Below, in pieces: positions 29,768 through 41,354 of a stretch of DNA of 64,000 bases. The position numbers were made by a program, and so were the translations under genes. Under the pieces are notes generated by a model. That model was not told the origin of the DNA and ran no database searches. It saw only the letters and a list, made by a program, of their open reading frames with translations. How positions within the stretch are numbered: position 1 is the stretch's first letter; each line of letters begins with the position of its first letter. Source of the DNA: Candidatus Latescibacterota bacterium (GTDB lineage Bacteria > Latescibacterota > UBA2968); contig OZ240241.1 in NCBI GenBank assembly GCA_965198115.1, forward strand, positions 1,600,001 to 1,664,000, given 5' to 3'.

Positions 29768-31863
29768 CAGACCATACCCCGTCTGCGACGCCAAGCCCAT
29801 TCGGCGCAAAGTACGGCCGCCGCGAACCAGAACGGCCAGGTTCCACCCCACGCGTGCTTTCGCATCGAAACCCGGTAAGGCTGGGGTGACAGCACCACGG
29901 CGTCGAGCGCCGCCCCCACCTGCTCCTGATGCACCGTTTGGCCGCCCGAACCTGCCGAAAGGGCCGCCAGACGCGCCGGGTCCACACCCAGATTCTCGAA
30001 TTCCAGGCTGTAGCGACCGACGGTGAGTGTCCCCTGCTTACGCCCGAGCTCATCGTCAGCGCGGCGGGCAACCACGGAATAGGCGTGGCTGCCCTGCGGC
30101 AGGCCTCGCAATCGACCATCGTATCGACCGCCCCCGATCGAACGGAGCGTGGCGGTTCGGGCGCCATCTCCGTCGACCCGAACTTCTACACGGGCGCCGT
30201 CGACAGGCTGCAGCAATGCATCGAACAGCTGGGCGCGAAACTGGATCGGTTCCCCACTCCTGTAGAGCGTCCGATCGGTTTCGACACGGAGCCGGGAGAT
30301 GTCTTCACGCGTCGACAGCCAACGGACACCCGCTCGCCAGAACGAGGCTGGCGCTTCGCTCACGCGATCGTAGCCCAGGGACATCAGCCCGTGCCGCCAG
30401 AACGCCCGTCCAGCAAAAACCATCACTTTCCCTGCTGCGACGGGGGCGACAACCGCGATCGGCTCACGCGTCGAAGTCGTCTGGAGAAGGACTCGAGCGT
30501 CTGCACGTATCTGTCCGAGCCGATTCAGACCTCCCAGCGGCGGCAACGTTCGCCATTCGTCGGAATCAGGGGCCGAGTCACGTCCACCCCGTGCGACAGG
30601 GTGGCTCATCGCGTGCGTCGGAACCTCCACACCGAAGGACCGGGCTTCGTAGGGCCCGCTGCCTGTCGGCAACACCGACGCAAGATCTCCCGGCTCCTCG
30701 AGCACGGACGCTGGGCCGCCGACGACCAACAGCCCCCCACCCTTCCGGACGTACTCACCGAGAACCCCGCCGCGAAGGGGCAGACTCACGTCGTGCAGAA
30801 CGACGACGTCCCTCTCCTCTACGGCGGCCAGCGCCCGAGTCAGCGACGTCGGAAGGCCGTGTCGCACGACGGGAAGGAAGTCGACCGCAAAGTTCGAATC
30901 GGCCTCGATCGTTCTCCGCAAATAGGCCAGATCCGCCGAGGGAGGACCCACCATCAAGACCCGTAGACGTGCATCCAGGATGTTCGCCCGAACAACCACA
31001 CGGTTGTTCCGCAGCTCCCGCTCCTCCATCACTTCGGGCGCCCTGACCTCATACTCGACGAGGCCTGGTCGCTCGGGCGTCACCCCGAGCGACACGGCGT
31101 GGTCGCCCGTTTCGATGTCGACCATCTTCCGAGCCACAGGATTCCCGTCGACCCACACCTCGACGGCGTCTCGGGATTCGACAGCGCCGCTCGCACGAAG
31201 GATAACGTCCAGGTTCAGCGGCTGACCCACGTAACCCAGCGGCTCCGTTCCCCACCACGTAATGGAAAGATCGGTCGGAACGCCCTCCGCTCCGACGACG
31301 ACGGTGTGCACCGGCATACCCAGATCTCCCGCCACCGATTCTGGCGACACACCGAGGTTGTGTGCGCCGTCGCTGATCAACACCACGCCGACCAGACCTT
31401 CGTCTGCGGTCTCGCTCTCGACCGTCTGCAATGCGGTCGCCAGGTCCGTCCCCGGGCCGTCGAAGGCCAGCGTCTGGGGGTCTTCAATCTCCCGGGCATC
31501 CACGTCGAACGCAAACCACCGGATGCGAGCCCTTTCGCGCAGCCGATCCCACGCCGGAGCCTCCAGAATCGCGCGGACCGCCTCTGCCCGGGTCCGGTCT
31601 CCAGAGGCGATCTGTAAACTCTCAGAGTTGTCGATCAGCACCGTCACCAGAGGATGTCGTGTGGCCCCGTAGTTCAACGACAGAATCGGTTCGCCCAGCA
31701 GAATCAGCAAAAGCCCCACGACCGCCACCCGCGCCCACACAAGCAAACGGGCACCCTCCGGGCCCCACAGCCCTCGATACACGAGGAGCAACATCGCCAG
31801 CAGGCCCGCCAGGATCAGAGGCCAGTGCGTGAGATCCAGATCGACGTCGAACCCGTCGCTCAC
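29767..31863 (-). CDS. Membrane-anchored VWA-like / GATase1-like domain protein
   Basis: N-terminal TMs, LIDNSESL MIDAS-like motif, ISDG, GGGLLVVGG, C-terminal EWAWRRRRG. Confidence 0.7.
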   Translation of the reverse strand: MSDGFDVDLDLTHWPLILAGLLAMLLLVYRGLWGPEGARLLVWARVAVVGLLLILLGEPILSLNYGATRHPLVTVLIDNSESLQIASGDRTRAEAVRAILEAPAWDRLRERARIRWFAFDVDAREIEDPQTLAFDGPGTDLATALQTVESETADEGLVGVVLISDGAHNLGVSPESVAGDLGMPVHTVVVGAEGVPTDLSITWWGTEPLGYVGQPLNLDVILRASGAVESRDAVEVWVDGNPVARKMVDIETGDHAVSLGVTPERPGLVEYEVRAPEVMEERELRNNRVVVRANILDARLRVLMVGPPSADLAYLRRTIEADSNFAVDFLPVVRHGLPTSLTRALAAVEERDVVVLHDVSLPLRGGVLGEYVRKGGGLLVVGGPASVLEEPGDLASVLPTGSGPYEARSFGVEVPTHAMSHPVARGGRDSAPDSDEWRTLPPLGGLNRLGQIRADARVLLQTTSTREPIAVVAPVAAGKVMVFAGRAFWRHGLMSLGYDRVSEAPASFWRAGVRWLSTREDISRLRVETDRTLYRSGEPIQFRAQLFDALLQPVDGARVEVRVDGDGARTATLRSIGGGRYDGRLRGLPQGSHAYSVVARRADDELGRKQGTLTVGRYSLEFENLGVDPARLAALSAGSGGQTVHQEQVGAALDAVVLSPQPYRVSMRKHAWGGTWPFWFAAAVLCAEWAWRRRRGMV

Positions 31864-32912
31864 AAAGGCACTCCCGCCTCGGTCCCAGGAAGCGGCATAC
31901 GTGGGTCCGCGTTGAGTGCAAGCCCAGCACGATCACCCGATTCGAGCCGGAAGGCGGCAGCCTCGGCGACCATCGCCGCGTTGTCCGTGCAGAGGTGGGG
32001 CGATGGTATACACAGATCCAGCCCAGCCGTCCGACAGGCCACGTCCATCTCGCTCCGGAGCCGGCGGTTTGCGGCCACCCCTCCCGCCAGCAGGATGCGA
32101 CTTGCACCTGCGCCTTCGCACGCCCGCACGGTCTTCGGTACCAAAGAGGCGACGACCGCCGCTTCGAAACTCGCAGCGACGTCCGCCTTCCGTTCTTCCT
32201 TTTCCCGATCGGACATTTTTTGAAGATGGTAGAGAACCGCCGTCTTCAGTCCGGAGAAGCTGAACGATCGGGGGTCTGCCGGACCCCGAGGGTAGTTGAA
32301 CGCCTGGTCGTCCCCGGCCTCGGCCAACACGGAAATGCGAGGCCCGCCCATCGTCGGCTGACCAGGCGCAAGCAGACCCAGTAGTTTGGCAACCTTATCG
32401 AACGCTTCGCCCGCCGCGTCGTCCAGCGTCCGTGCCAGGTAACGATATCGTCCCTTTTCAACGACTTCGATTAAGTCCGTGTGCCCCCCGGATGCGACCA
32501 AGGCGACGAATGGCGGTCCGAAGCCGGGTTCCTCGAGGAACCCGGAGAACAGATGGCCTTCCATATGATGGACCCCGACGACGGGCAACTGGCTCTTCCA
32601 CGCCAGTCCCTTGGCCACACTGATCCCAACTAGCAGACACCCCACCAGACCGGGTCCGGAGGTGACCCCGATTCCGGCGAGGTCCCCCAGACCGAGGGCG
32701 GCATCCTCCAGCGCTTCCCGAATCACAGGGACCAACGTACGCGTGTGGTTTCTCGACGCGATCTCGGGGACGACGCCCCCGTAGAGACTGTGATCGGTCT
32801 GTGAGAAGATGACGTTCGACGCGATTCGGCCGTCAATCACGACCGACGCGGACGTCTCGTCGCACGACGTTTCTACACCCAGTACAGGTTCTCGCAACTC
32901 AGATACCTTCAC
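31860..32912 (-). CDS. tsaD: tRNA N6-threonylcarbamoyltransferase
   Basis: GVETSCDETS, HHMEGH, DDAAGEAFDK, CTDNAAM. Confidence 0.95.
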   Translation of the reverse strand: MKVSELREPVLGVETSCDETSASVVIDGRIASNVIFSQTDHSLYGGVVPEIASRNHTRTLVPVIREALEDAALGLGDLAGIGVTSGPGLVGCLLVGISVAKGLAWKSQLPVVGVHHMEGHLFSGFLEEPGFGPPFVALVASGGHTDLIEVVEKGRYRYLARTLDDAAGEAFDKVAKLLGLLAPGQPTMGGPRISVLAEAGDDQAFNYPRGPADPRSFSFSGLKTAVLYHLQKMSDREKEERKADVAASFEAAVVASLVPKTVRACEGAGASRILLAGGVAANRRLRSEMDVACRTAGLDLCIPSPHLCTDNAAMVAEAAAFRLESGDRAGLALNADPRMPLPGTEAGVPL

Positions 32913-32925
32913 CAGGCTGAATGGA

Positions 32926-32962
32926 GAAAGAAAGAGCCGGGCGAGAACGCTCTCGCCCGGCT
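32926..32962 (-). terminator. Intrinsic terminator after the small Zn-ribbon gene
   Basis: 12-bp stem agccgggcgaga/tctcgcccggct followed by ctttctttc on the minus strand. Confidence 0.65.
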
Positions 32963-32985
32963 TAGAGATTTCGCGATGCCAAAGG

Positions 32986-33177
32986 CTACTTGTAGGATTC
33001 TGTAATTTCTCTTCCTACGCTGATTTCGCCGTTGTCGATGCGTAGATTGAATCCGCAGTCCGGATTGTTGCACACCCACGCCTTGTACATGATCGACGCC
33101 CCTTCGCGCCCATAATCCGACAGCGGCAGCAAAACACCGGTCCCACACTTCTGACACGATGGAAACGGATGCTCCAT
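32986..33177 (-). CDS. Small putative zinc-ribbon protein (63 aa)
   Basis: CQKC...CNNPDC; RBS ggaggg; own promoter and terminator. Confidence 0.75.
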   Translation of the reverse strand: MEHPFPSCQKCGTGVLLPLSDYGREGASIMYKAWVCNNPDCGFNLRIDNGEISVGREITESYK

Positions 33178-33282
33178 CTTTCCCCCCTCCGCGTGAGCCT
33201 GCCGGCTCAATACACGAGCCCCCGGCGGTCCCCTTTGCCTGTCCACCAGGATGGCAACGGCTCGATCCGAATGAACACCGTA

Positions 33283-33387
33283 AAGCTAAGTGAACGAATC
33301 TAGCGTGTCAATCGCCATTCAGGCCGCTTCGGGCGCCCCAAAATTGACAAAGGTTGTTGATTCCCCTATAGTTGAGATCGTTTCAAC
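33283..33387. promoter_or_regulatory. Divergent sigma70-like promoters with candidate operator
   Basis: Plus: TTGACA(33345)-N17-TATAGT. Minus: TTGACA(33311)-N17-TAGCTT. Inverted repeat GTTGA-N7-TCAAC at 33371-33387. Confidence 0.6.
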
Positions 33388-33525
33388 CCAGTGGCGCCAC
33401 CCTGAAGGACACCTCTGGAAACGGCGGTAAACGAGGTCTCCGTTTCGCTCGCGAGCCCCCTGATCTGGCCAGCGGGCATCCACCCGGTCAAGCATCACCG
33501 TCAGACTGCTCTCTACCCGATTCTG

Positions 33526-35214
33526 ATGAACTACGCAGCCGAAAATCCATTGATCGTTCAGAGTGATCTGAGCGTCCTCCTGGAGGTTAACAGCCCCAAA
33601 TACGAGGAAGCTCGGGATGTGCTCGCCCGCTTCGCCGAACTGGAGAAAAGCCCCGAGCACATCCACACCTACCGCATTACGCCCCTGTCCCTCTGGAACG
33701 CGGCGGCGGCGGGCCTCGATTCAGATGAGATCGGCGCCGTCCTCGAGGCCTACGGCAAATACGAGATTCCGCAGAACGTTACGGTCGAAATTGCGGAAAC
33801 GATTTCCCGATACGGAAGAATCGAACTCGACCGGGATGGCGATCATCTCGTCCTGACCGCCGACGACCCCCTCCTGCTCGTGGAGATCCTGCGTCACAAG
33901 ACCGTTCAGCCCTACATCAAGGAGCGAATCGACGAAACCCGGGCCGCGGTGGAGCCGCTGTATCGCGGTCACCTGAAACAGTCGCTCACGAAGATCGGGT
34001 TTCCCGTCCGGGACCTGGCCGGCTACCTGGCCGGCTTGCCCCTCTCCTTCTCCCTTCGGGATCAGACGCTCTTTGGCGAGCCGTTCACGTTGCGCGATTA
34101 CCAGCGTGAAGCATCCGACATCTTCTTCGCCGGCGGCGGTCCCGACGGCGGCAGCGGCACGATCGTCCTCCCCTGCGGTGCCGGCAAGACGATCGTCGGG
34201 ATGGCCGTGATGCACCGATACCAGGCCCAGACCCTGATACTCACGACGAACATCACGGCCTCAAGACAGTGGATGCAGGAGCTCGTCGACAAGACCGATC
34301 TCCGAAAAGACCAGATCGGCGAGTACTCGGGCGAGCGGAAGGAAGTTCGGCCCGTCACCGTGGCGACCTACCACATCCTGACGTATCGGAGAGAAAAGGG
34401 GGGTGAGTTCCCCCACTTCCGCCTCTTCAACGAGGGTGGGTGGGGGCTCATCATCTACGATGAAGTACACCTCCTGCCCGCCCCCGTCTTCCGATTCACG
34501 GCCGAACTCCAAGCCAGACGGCGGCTGGGGTTGACGGCCACGCTCGTTCGCGAGGACGGTCTGGAGACGGACGTCTTCAGCCTGATCGGTCCCAAGAGAT
34601 ACGACGTGCCGTGGCGCGAACTCGAAACTCAAGGTTGGATCGCGATAGCCGAGTGCAAGGAAATCCGAATCTCGCTACCCGAGAAAATGCGGCTCGACTA
34701 TGCCGTCGCCGGCGGCAGGGCAAAATTCAGGATCTCGTCCGAGAACCCGGACAAGGTGGCACTCGTTCGGCACCTCGTGGAGCGTCACGCCGACGACCAG
34801 ATCCTCGTGATCGGGCAATATCTCGCGCAGCTCGAAGAGTTGGCCAAAGATCTCCACGCGCCGATCATTCAGGGCAAGACACCGAGCGAAGAGCGCGATG
34901 AGCTTTACGAAAGTTTTCGAAGGAAGAAGCTGAAGATGCTGATCGTCTCGAAGGTCGCCAACTTCGCGGTCGATCTTCCCGACGCCAACGTCGCGATTCA
35001 GGTCTCCGGCACGTTCGGATCTCGCCAGGAAGAAGCCCAACGACTGGGCCGCATCCTCAGACCCAAACAGGGCGAGAACCTCGCTCATTTCTACACCCTC
35101 GTCACAAAGGACACACGCGAGCAGGAATTCGCACGAAACCGTCAGATGTTCTTGACCGAACAGGGTTATCGGTATTCGATCCACGACGCCGCTGACCTGA
35201 TGCCGTCCCCTTAA
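33526..35214 (+). CDS. XPB/Rad25-family SF2 DNA repair helicase
   Basis: N-terminal KSPEHIHTYRITPLSLWNA; LPCGAGKT, DEVH, TATLVRED (RED motif), QRLGRILR. Confidence 0.92.
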   Translation: MNYAAENPLIVQSDLSVLLEVNSPKYEEARDVLARFAELEKSPEHIHTYRITPLSLWNAAAAGLDSDEIGAVLEAYGKYEIPQNVTVEIAETISRYGRIELDRDGDHLVLTADDPLLLVEILRHKTVQPYIKERIDETRAAVEPLYRGHLKQSLTKIGFPVRDLAGYLAGLPLSFSLRDQTLFGEPFTLRDYQREASDIFFAGGGPDGGSGTIVLPCGAGKTIVGMAVMHRYQAQTLILTTNITASRQWMQELVDKTDLRKDQIGEYSGERKEVRPVTVATYHILTYRREKGGEFPHFRLFNEGGWGLIIYDEVHLLPAPVFRFTAELQARRRLGLTATLVREDGLETDVFSLIGPKRYDVPWRELETQGWIAIAECKEIRISLPEKMRLDYAVAGGRAKFRISSENPDKVALVRHLVERHADDQILVIGQYLAQLEELAKDLHAPIIQGKTPSEERDELYESFRRKKLKMLIVSKVANFAVDLPDANVAIQVSGTFGSRQEEAQRLGRILRPKQGENLAHFYTLVTKDTREQEFARNRQMFLTEQGYRYSIHDAADLMPSP

Positions 35215-35230
35215 GTCAGCTGAACACGAC

Positions 35231-36058
35231 GTGCCGATTCCGGCAGCCATCGAGCTTCTCCGTCCACTCAACGGCTCGATCACCGTAGGCTCAGTCCTCT
35301 TGGCCTCGTGGCTCGCTACGGGCGACCTCACCACCCCCGCCTATGTGGCCGCCCTGTCGGCCGCCCTCATCGTCAGTTTCGGAAACGCCCACAACGACGT
35401 CGTCGACATCGACGTCGACCGTCGCGCGCACCCCGACAGACCCCTCCCATCGGGTCGTCTGGCAGTGTCGATCGCCCAGAAACTGGCTTGGGGTTGCGCG
35501 ATCGCCGGTCTCGGTCTCGCACTGACTCTGTCGACCGCGTGCCGGGTCCTCGCCGCCACTATCGTTCTCGCACTGTGGGTCTACAATCGCTGGGCGAAGG
35601 GGTGGCCGGCCATCGGCAACGGAGCGATCGCGGCGATCGCGGCTTCCGCTTTCCCATTCGGAGGTTACGCGGTCGGCTCGATTGACAACCTATTCCCCAT
35701 TACGTCCTTCGCTTTCCTCCTCCATTTCGGTCGTGAAATCGTCAAGGACGTTGAGGACCTCCAGGCCGACGCGGAAGCCGGCCGATTCACCCTGCCTGGG
35801 GTCTGGGGGATACAGCTCGCTCGGGGAACCGCGACCACTGTCCTCATCGCCTTACTCGGGACCACCCCCTTACCCGCCCTTTACGGGATCTACGGGTGGC
35901 CCTACCTCACGGTAATCGCCGTTCTGGACATCGCCCTGGTCGGCGTGCTCTACCTGCTCTGGGTGGGTGAGACATCCTACCGATACACCCGGGCCAGCAG
36001 GGTGCTCAAAGTAGCCATGATCGTCGGTCTGGCCGCATTTCTAGTCGAGAAACCCTGA
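35231..36058 (+). CDS. UbiA-family prenyltransferase, DGGGP-synthase-like
   Basis: NDVVDIDVD...RPLPSG and REIVKDVEDLQAD...TLP aspartate-rich motifs. Confidence 0.8.
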   Translation: MPIPAAIELLRPLNGSITVGSVLLASWLATGDLTTPAYVAALSAALIVSFGNAHNDVVDIDVDRRAHPDRPLPSGRLAVSIAQKLAWGCAIAGLGLALTLSTACRVLAATIVLALWVYNRWAKGWPAIGNGAIAAIAASAFPFGGYAVGSIDNLFPITSFAFLLHFGREIVKDVEDLQADAEAGRFTLPGVWGIQLARGTATTVLIALLGTTPLPALYGIYGWPYLTVIAVLDIALVGVLYLLWVGETSYRYTRASRVLKVAMIVGLAAFLVEKP

Positions 36059-36077
36059 TCGACGAGAATCCCGAAAC

Positions 36078-36106
36078 TTGACACAACCCATTGATTATGC
36101 TAATTT
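36078..36106 (+). promoter_or_regulatory. Sigma70-like promoter of the HU gene
   Basis: TTGACA-N17-TAATTT. Confidence 0.6.
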
Positions 36107-36162
36107 AACGCAATGTAGGACGGAGGCTAGGGCCCTCATCTGCACCATCCAGGAGGTATGTC

Positions 36163-36543
36163 TTGGGCACCACCACCAAAAAGGAGTTGGCCCTTCGGGT
36201 CAGCGAGGAGACGGGCTGCAAGAAGAATCTCGCGTCCGAAATGGTGGACACGGTTTTCGAAGCCATGCGCGAAAGCCTGATGCATGCCGAACGGATCGAA
36301 ATCCGTGGGTTCGGTGTCTTTCAAGTCAAAGAAACACGCCCAAAGCCTGCTGCTCGAAACCCTCGAACGGGTCAGGTAATCTACGTGCCCGCGCGCCGTA
36401 AGACCCACTTCCGTCCTGGCAAGCTACTCAAAGAAGAGCTCCATCGACCTGCCGACCAGCATCTCGACCCGGTCGCGCCGGAAACACCACCTGAGAACGT
36501 ACCCCCGAACCCTCCCCGCGCAGATCTCGGTCAGCAACACTGA
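36163..36543 (+). CDS. HU/IHF-family DNA-binding protein with Pro-rich tail
   Basis: TKKEL, IRGFGVF, ARNPRTG, FRPGK. RBS aggagg. Confidence 0.92.
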   Translation: MGTTTKKELALRVSEETGCKKNLASEMVDTVFEAMRESLMHAERIEIRGFGVFQVKETRPKPAARNPRTGQVIYVPARRKTHFRPGKLLKEELHRPADQHLDPVAPETPPENVPPNPPRADLGQQH

Positions 36544-36667
36544 TCGGCCGCCTACGAATGGCCGGGCCCTCGACGAGCGTTCGTCGGGGGCTTTCCTGTG
36601 CCGTCACGACATCCGTTGGTTCGACAACTCACGTCGTCCATCTAAGATCCGGTGAACGGAGAGGATT

Positions 36668-39040
<2,373 letters not shown>

Positions 39041-39051
39041 CATCATTTGTC

Positions 39052-39080
39052 TTGACAGAACTTACGCGGAGGGATAGACT
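39052..39080 (+). promoter_or_regulatory. Sigma70-like promoter of tRNA-Ala
   Basis: TTGACA-N17-TAGACT. Confidence 0.7.
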
Positions 39081-39095
39081 TACGCCCACTTGGAT

Positions 39096-39168
39096 GGGGC
39101 TGTAGCTCAGATGGGAGAGCGCCTGAATGGCATTCAGGAGGTCAGGGGTTCGATCCCCCTCAGCTCCA
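39096..39168 (+). tRNA. tRNA-Ala (GGC), CCA not encoded
   Basis: ggggctg acceptor with G3:U70; anticodon arm cctga-atggcat-tcagg; T-loop gttcgat. Confidence 0.96.
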
Positions 39169-39184
39169 CTTTTTTCGAAGTGAA

Positions 39185-39218
39185 AAGGGTCCACCCTTAG
39201 GTGGACCCTTCCTGTTTT
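39185..39218. terminator. Intrinsic terminator after tRNA
   Basis: aagggtccacc-ctta-ggtggaccctt. Confidence 0.75.
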
Positions 39219-39297
39219 GCGAACCGTTCTGTGATAGGGAACACAGTCGCCGCGCCGTCCGCAGCCCACATTGAATCGGGAGCGGTCCGCGTCGACG

Positions 39298-39663
39298 TCA
39301 GTTATCGATGGCCTCCTTCATCAGGTCCATGAGTTCGGACTTTCTGAACGGCTTCTCCAGCATGTAGCGAACCCCGGCGTTCGTGAGGGTTTCTCGAGCG
39401 TCGCGATTGAGATACCCCGAGATCACAACGACGGGTGTCGACATATCCCTGTCGCGGTAGAGCATCCAGACTTCGGAACCGTCGAAGTCCTCCAGATTCA
39501 GATCCAGTGTAATCAGATCGTAGTCCCCCGACAAGGCTCGTTCGGTCGCGACGATCGGATGCGCGGCGTAGTCAACCTCGAACCCTTCCGACGTAAGAAG
39601 GTCCTTCATCATCTCACAAAAACCCTGTTCGTCGTCGATGACGAGGATACGTTTGCCGGCCAT
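39298..39663 (-). CDS. Single-domain response regulator (CheY-like)
   Basis: ILVIDDE, LDLNL (Asp), ISGY, EKPF. Confidence 0.88.
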   Translation of the reverse strand: MAGKRILVIDDEQGFCEMMKDLLTSEGFEVDYAAHPIVATERALSGDYDLITLDLNLEDFDGSEVWMLYRDRDMSTPVVVISGYLNRDARETLTNAGVRYMLEKPFRKSELMDLMKEAIDN

Positions 39664-39875
39664 GTTCTTCTCCCTGTAGTTGACGGACGTCTGCCCCAGT
39701 CATAAACTTAGGACCGCCCTCACCCGGGTCAAGCAGACCGGTGTGATCGAATGGCAACGAAACGGCTATTTGATCCGAAACTGGAACTGATCGGTCAAAT
39801 TTTTGGGCAGGGCGTGGATGGTGACTTTTCGTCCGACCGAAGATTCACCATATTGTAGTTCAGCAGAGGGCCCTC

Positions 39876-40229
39876 ATGAACATCCCGAACGAATCCGACA
39901 AGCAACTGACGCTCAACCGGCTCGACCGGCACAAGGGGAAGTATACCAAGCGCGACATCAAGGATATCCGCGCCCGCTTCAAGGCCAACTTCATGTTCCT
40001 CGAAGTCGTGAAGGAAGAAAAGTCGGGGATGTTCGGCAAATTCCTGGGCACGAAAACCGTCAGAGGAATCGGCAAGATTGCCCGTCTCGAATATCTCGGG
40101 CCGAATAAGTGGAAGCTTCTCATCTACAAATACGACGTCAACAAATACGCTCCTCATCCGAGTTTCACCGAGGGAACCGTCGAAGAATGCCTCGACGGCC
40201 ACCGTCTTCTTCTGACCATCGATCGCTGA
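39876..40229 (+). CDS. Basic hypothetical protein (distant DUF3024-like)
   Basis: Host-like codon usage; IARLEYLGPNKWKL...KY pattern; terminator follows. Confidence 0.6.
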   Translation: MNIPNESDKQLTLNRLDRHKGKYTKRDIKDIRARFKANFMFLEVVKEEKSGMFGKFLGTKTVRGIGKIARLEYLGPNKWKLLIYKYDVNKYAPHPSFTEGTVEECLDGHRLLLTIDR

Positions 40230-40235
40230 ATGCAC

Positions 40236-40276
40236 GAGAGGGGTCCGTCACAACGTGACGGACCCCTCTCCGTTTT
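40236..40276. terminator. Terminator with perfect 16-bp stem
   Basis: gagaggggtccgtcac-aac-gtgacggacccctctc-cgtttt. Confidence 0.75.
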
Positions 40277-41270
40277 ACGACTGCGCTATCGACGCCGGCT
40301 CCTTCACGAATCGAGCGGCCTCCAGGACAAGTCGCGGGTCGGCGCCTGGCTTGACTCCCTCCTCGGTCAGGTGTCGCCGCCAGGCTCGCGATCCCGGCAT
40401 TCCCGCGAACAGACCTACGATGTGACGTGTCATCCGGTGAAGTCTCACGCCCTGCTGCGTCTGTTTTTTCACGTACCCGTAGAAACCTTCCAGGATTTCC
40501 TGGCGTGACGGCTTCCGCGCATCGCCAAAGATCCTCTCGTCCACATCACTCAACACGTAGGGGTGTTGATACGCCTCTCGGCCGATCATCGTGCCATCGA
40601 CGTGGGACAAATGGTTTTCCACGTCGATGAGCGTTCGAATCCCCCCGTTGATGACGATCTCCAGGTCGGCGCAGTCCCGCTTGAGACGATAAACCCGATC
40701 GTAGCGCAACGGCGGAACCTCGCGATTCTCCTTCGGACTCAACCCCTGCATCCACGCCTTTCGGGCGTGGATGGCGAACACACGACAACCACTCCCAGCC
40801 ACGACCCTGACGAACCGGTGCAGATCCTCGTAGTCGTCCCTGTCGTCGAATCCGATCCGTGTCTTCACCGTAACGGGAACGGTCACAGCCTGTCGCATCG
40901 CGGAGACGCAGTCGCCGACGAGCTCGGGCTCGGCCATCAAGCAAACGCCGAAACGACCGGACTGGACACGGTCGCTCGGACACCCCACGTTCAGGTTGAT
41001 CTCGTCGTAGCCGAAATCCTCGCCTATCCGGGCAGCGGCCGACAGCTTTCGGGGATCGCTCCCACCGAGCTGAAGGGCAACGGGATGCTCTTCCGGGCTG
41101 AACCCGAGCAACCGTCGAAGATCGCCGTGCAGAATGGCCTGCGCCGTCACCATCTCCGTGTAGAGGAGCGCGCGACGTGTCACGAGCCGGAGGAAATAAC
41201 GTTCGTGACGGTCCGTGCAGTCCATCATGGGAGCAACACAGACGCGTCGATCGGGTAGGTTTTTCATCAT
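40275..41270 (-). CDS. dusA: tRNA dihydrouridine(20/20a) synthase
   Basis: APMMDCTDRH, NLNVGCPSDRVQ, HARKAW, PKENREVPPL. Confidence 0.93.
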   Translation of the reverse strand: MMKNLPDRRVCVAPMMDCTDRHERYFLRLVTRRALLYTEMVTAQAILHGDLRRLLGFSPEEHPVALQLGGSDPRKLSAAARIGEDFGYDEINLNVGCPSDRVQSGRFGVCLMAEPELVGDCVSAMRQAVTVPVTVKTRIGFDDRDDYEDLHRFVRVVAGSGCRVFAIHARKAWMQGLSPKENREVPPLRYDRVYRLKRDCADLEIVINGGIRTLIDVENHLSHVDGTMIGREAYQHPYVLSDVDERIFGDARKPSRQEILEGFYGYVKKQTQQGVRLHRMTRHIVGLFAGMPGSRAWRRHLTEEGVKPGADPRLVLEAARFVKEPASIAQS

Positions 41271-41354
41271 CGCTTGATAGGCAAGCACGCCAGAACGAGA
41301 AACGGGCGAATCGGCCGTTGACCGATCCGCCCGTTGCAGTGTTTTCTTTCAGGA

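Noticed and set aside
39096-39300. Integrative element at tRNA-Ala
   Set aside because: No integrase and no duplicated tRNA 3' end noticed in the window.
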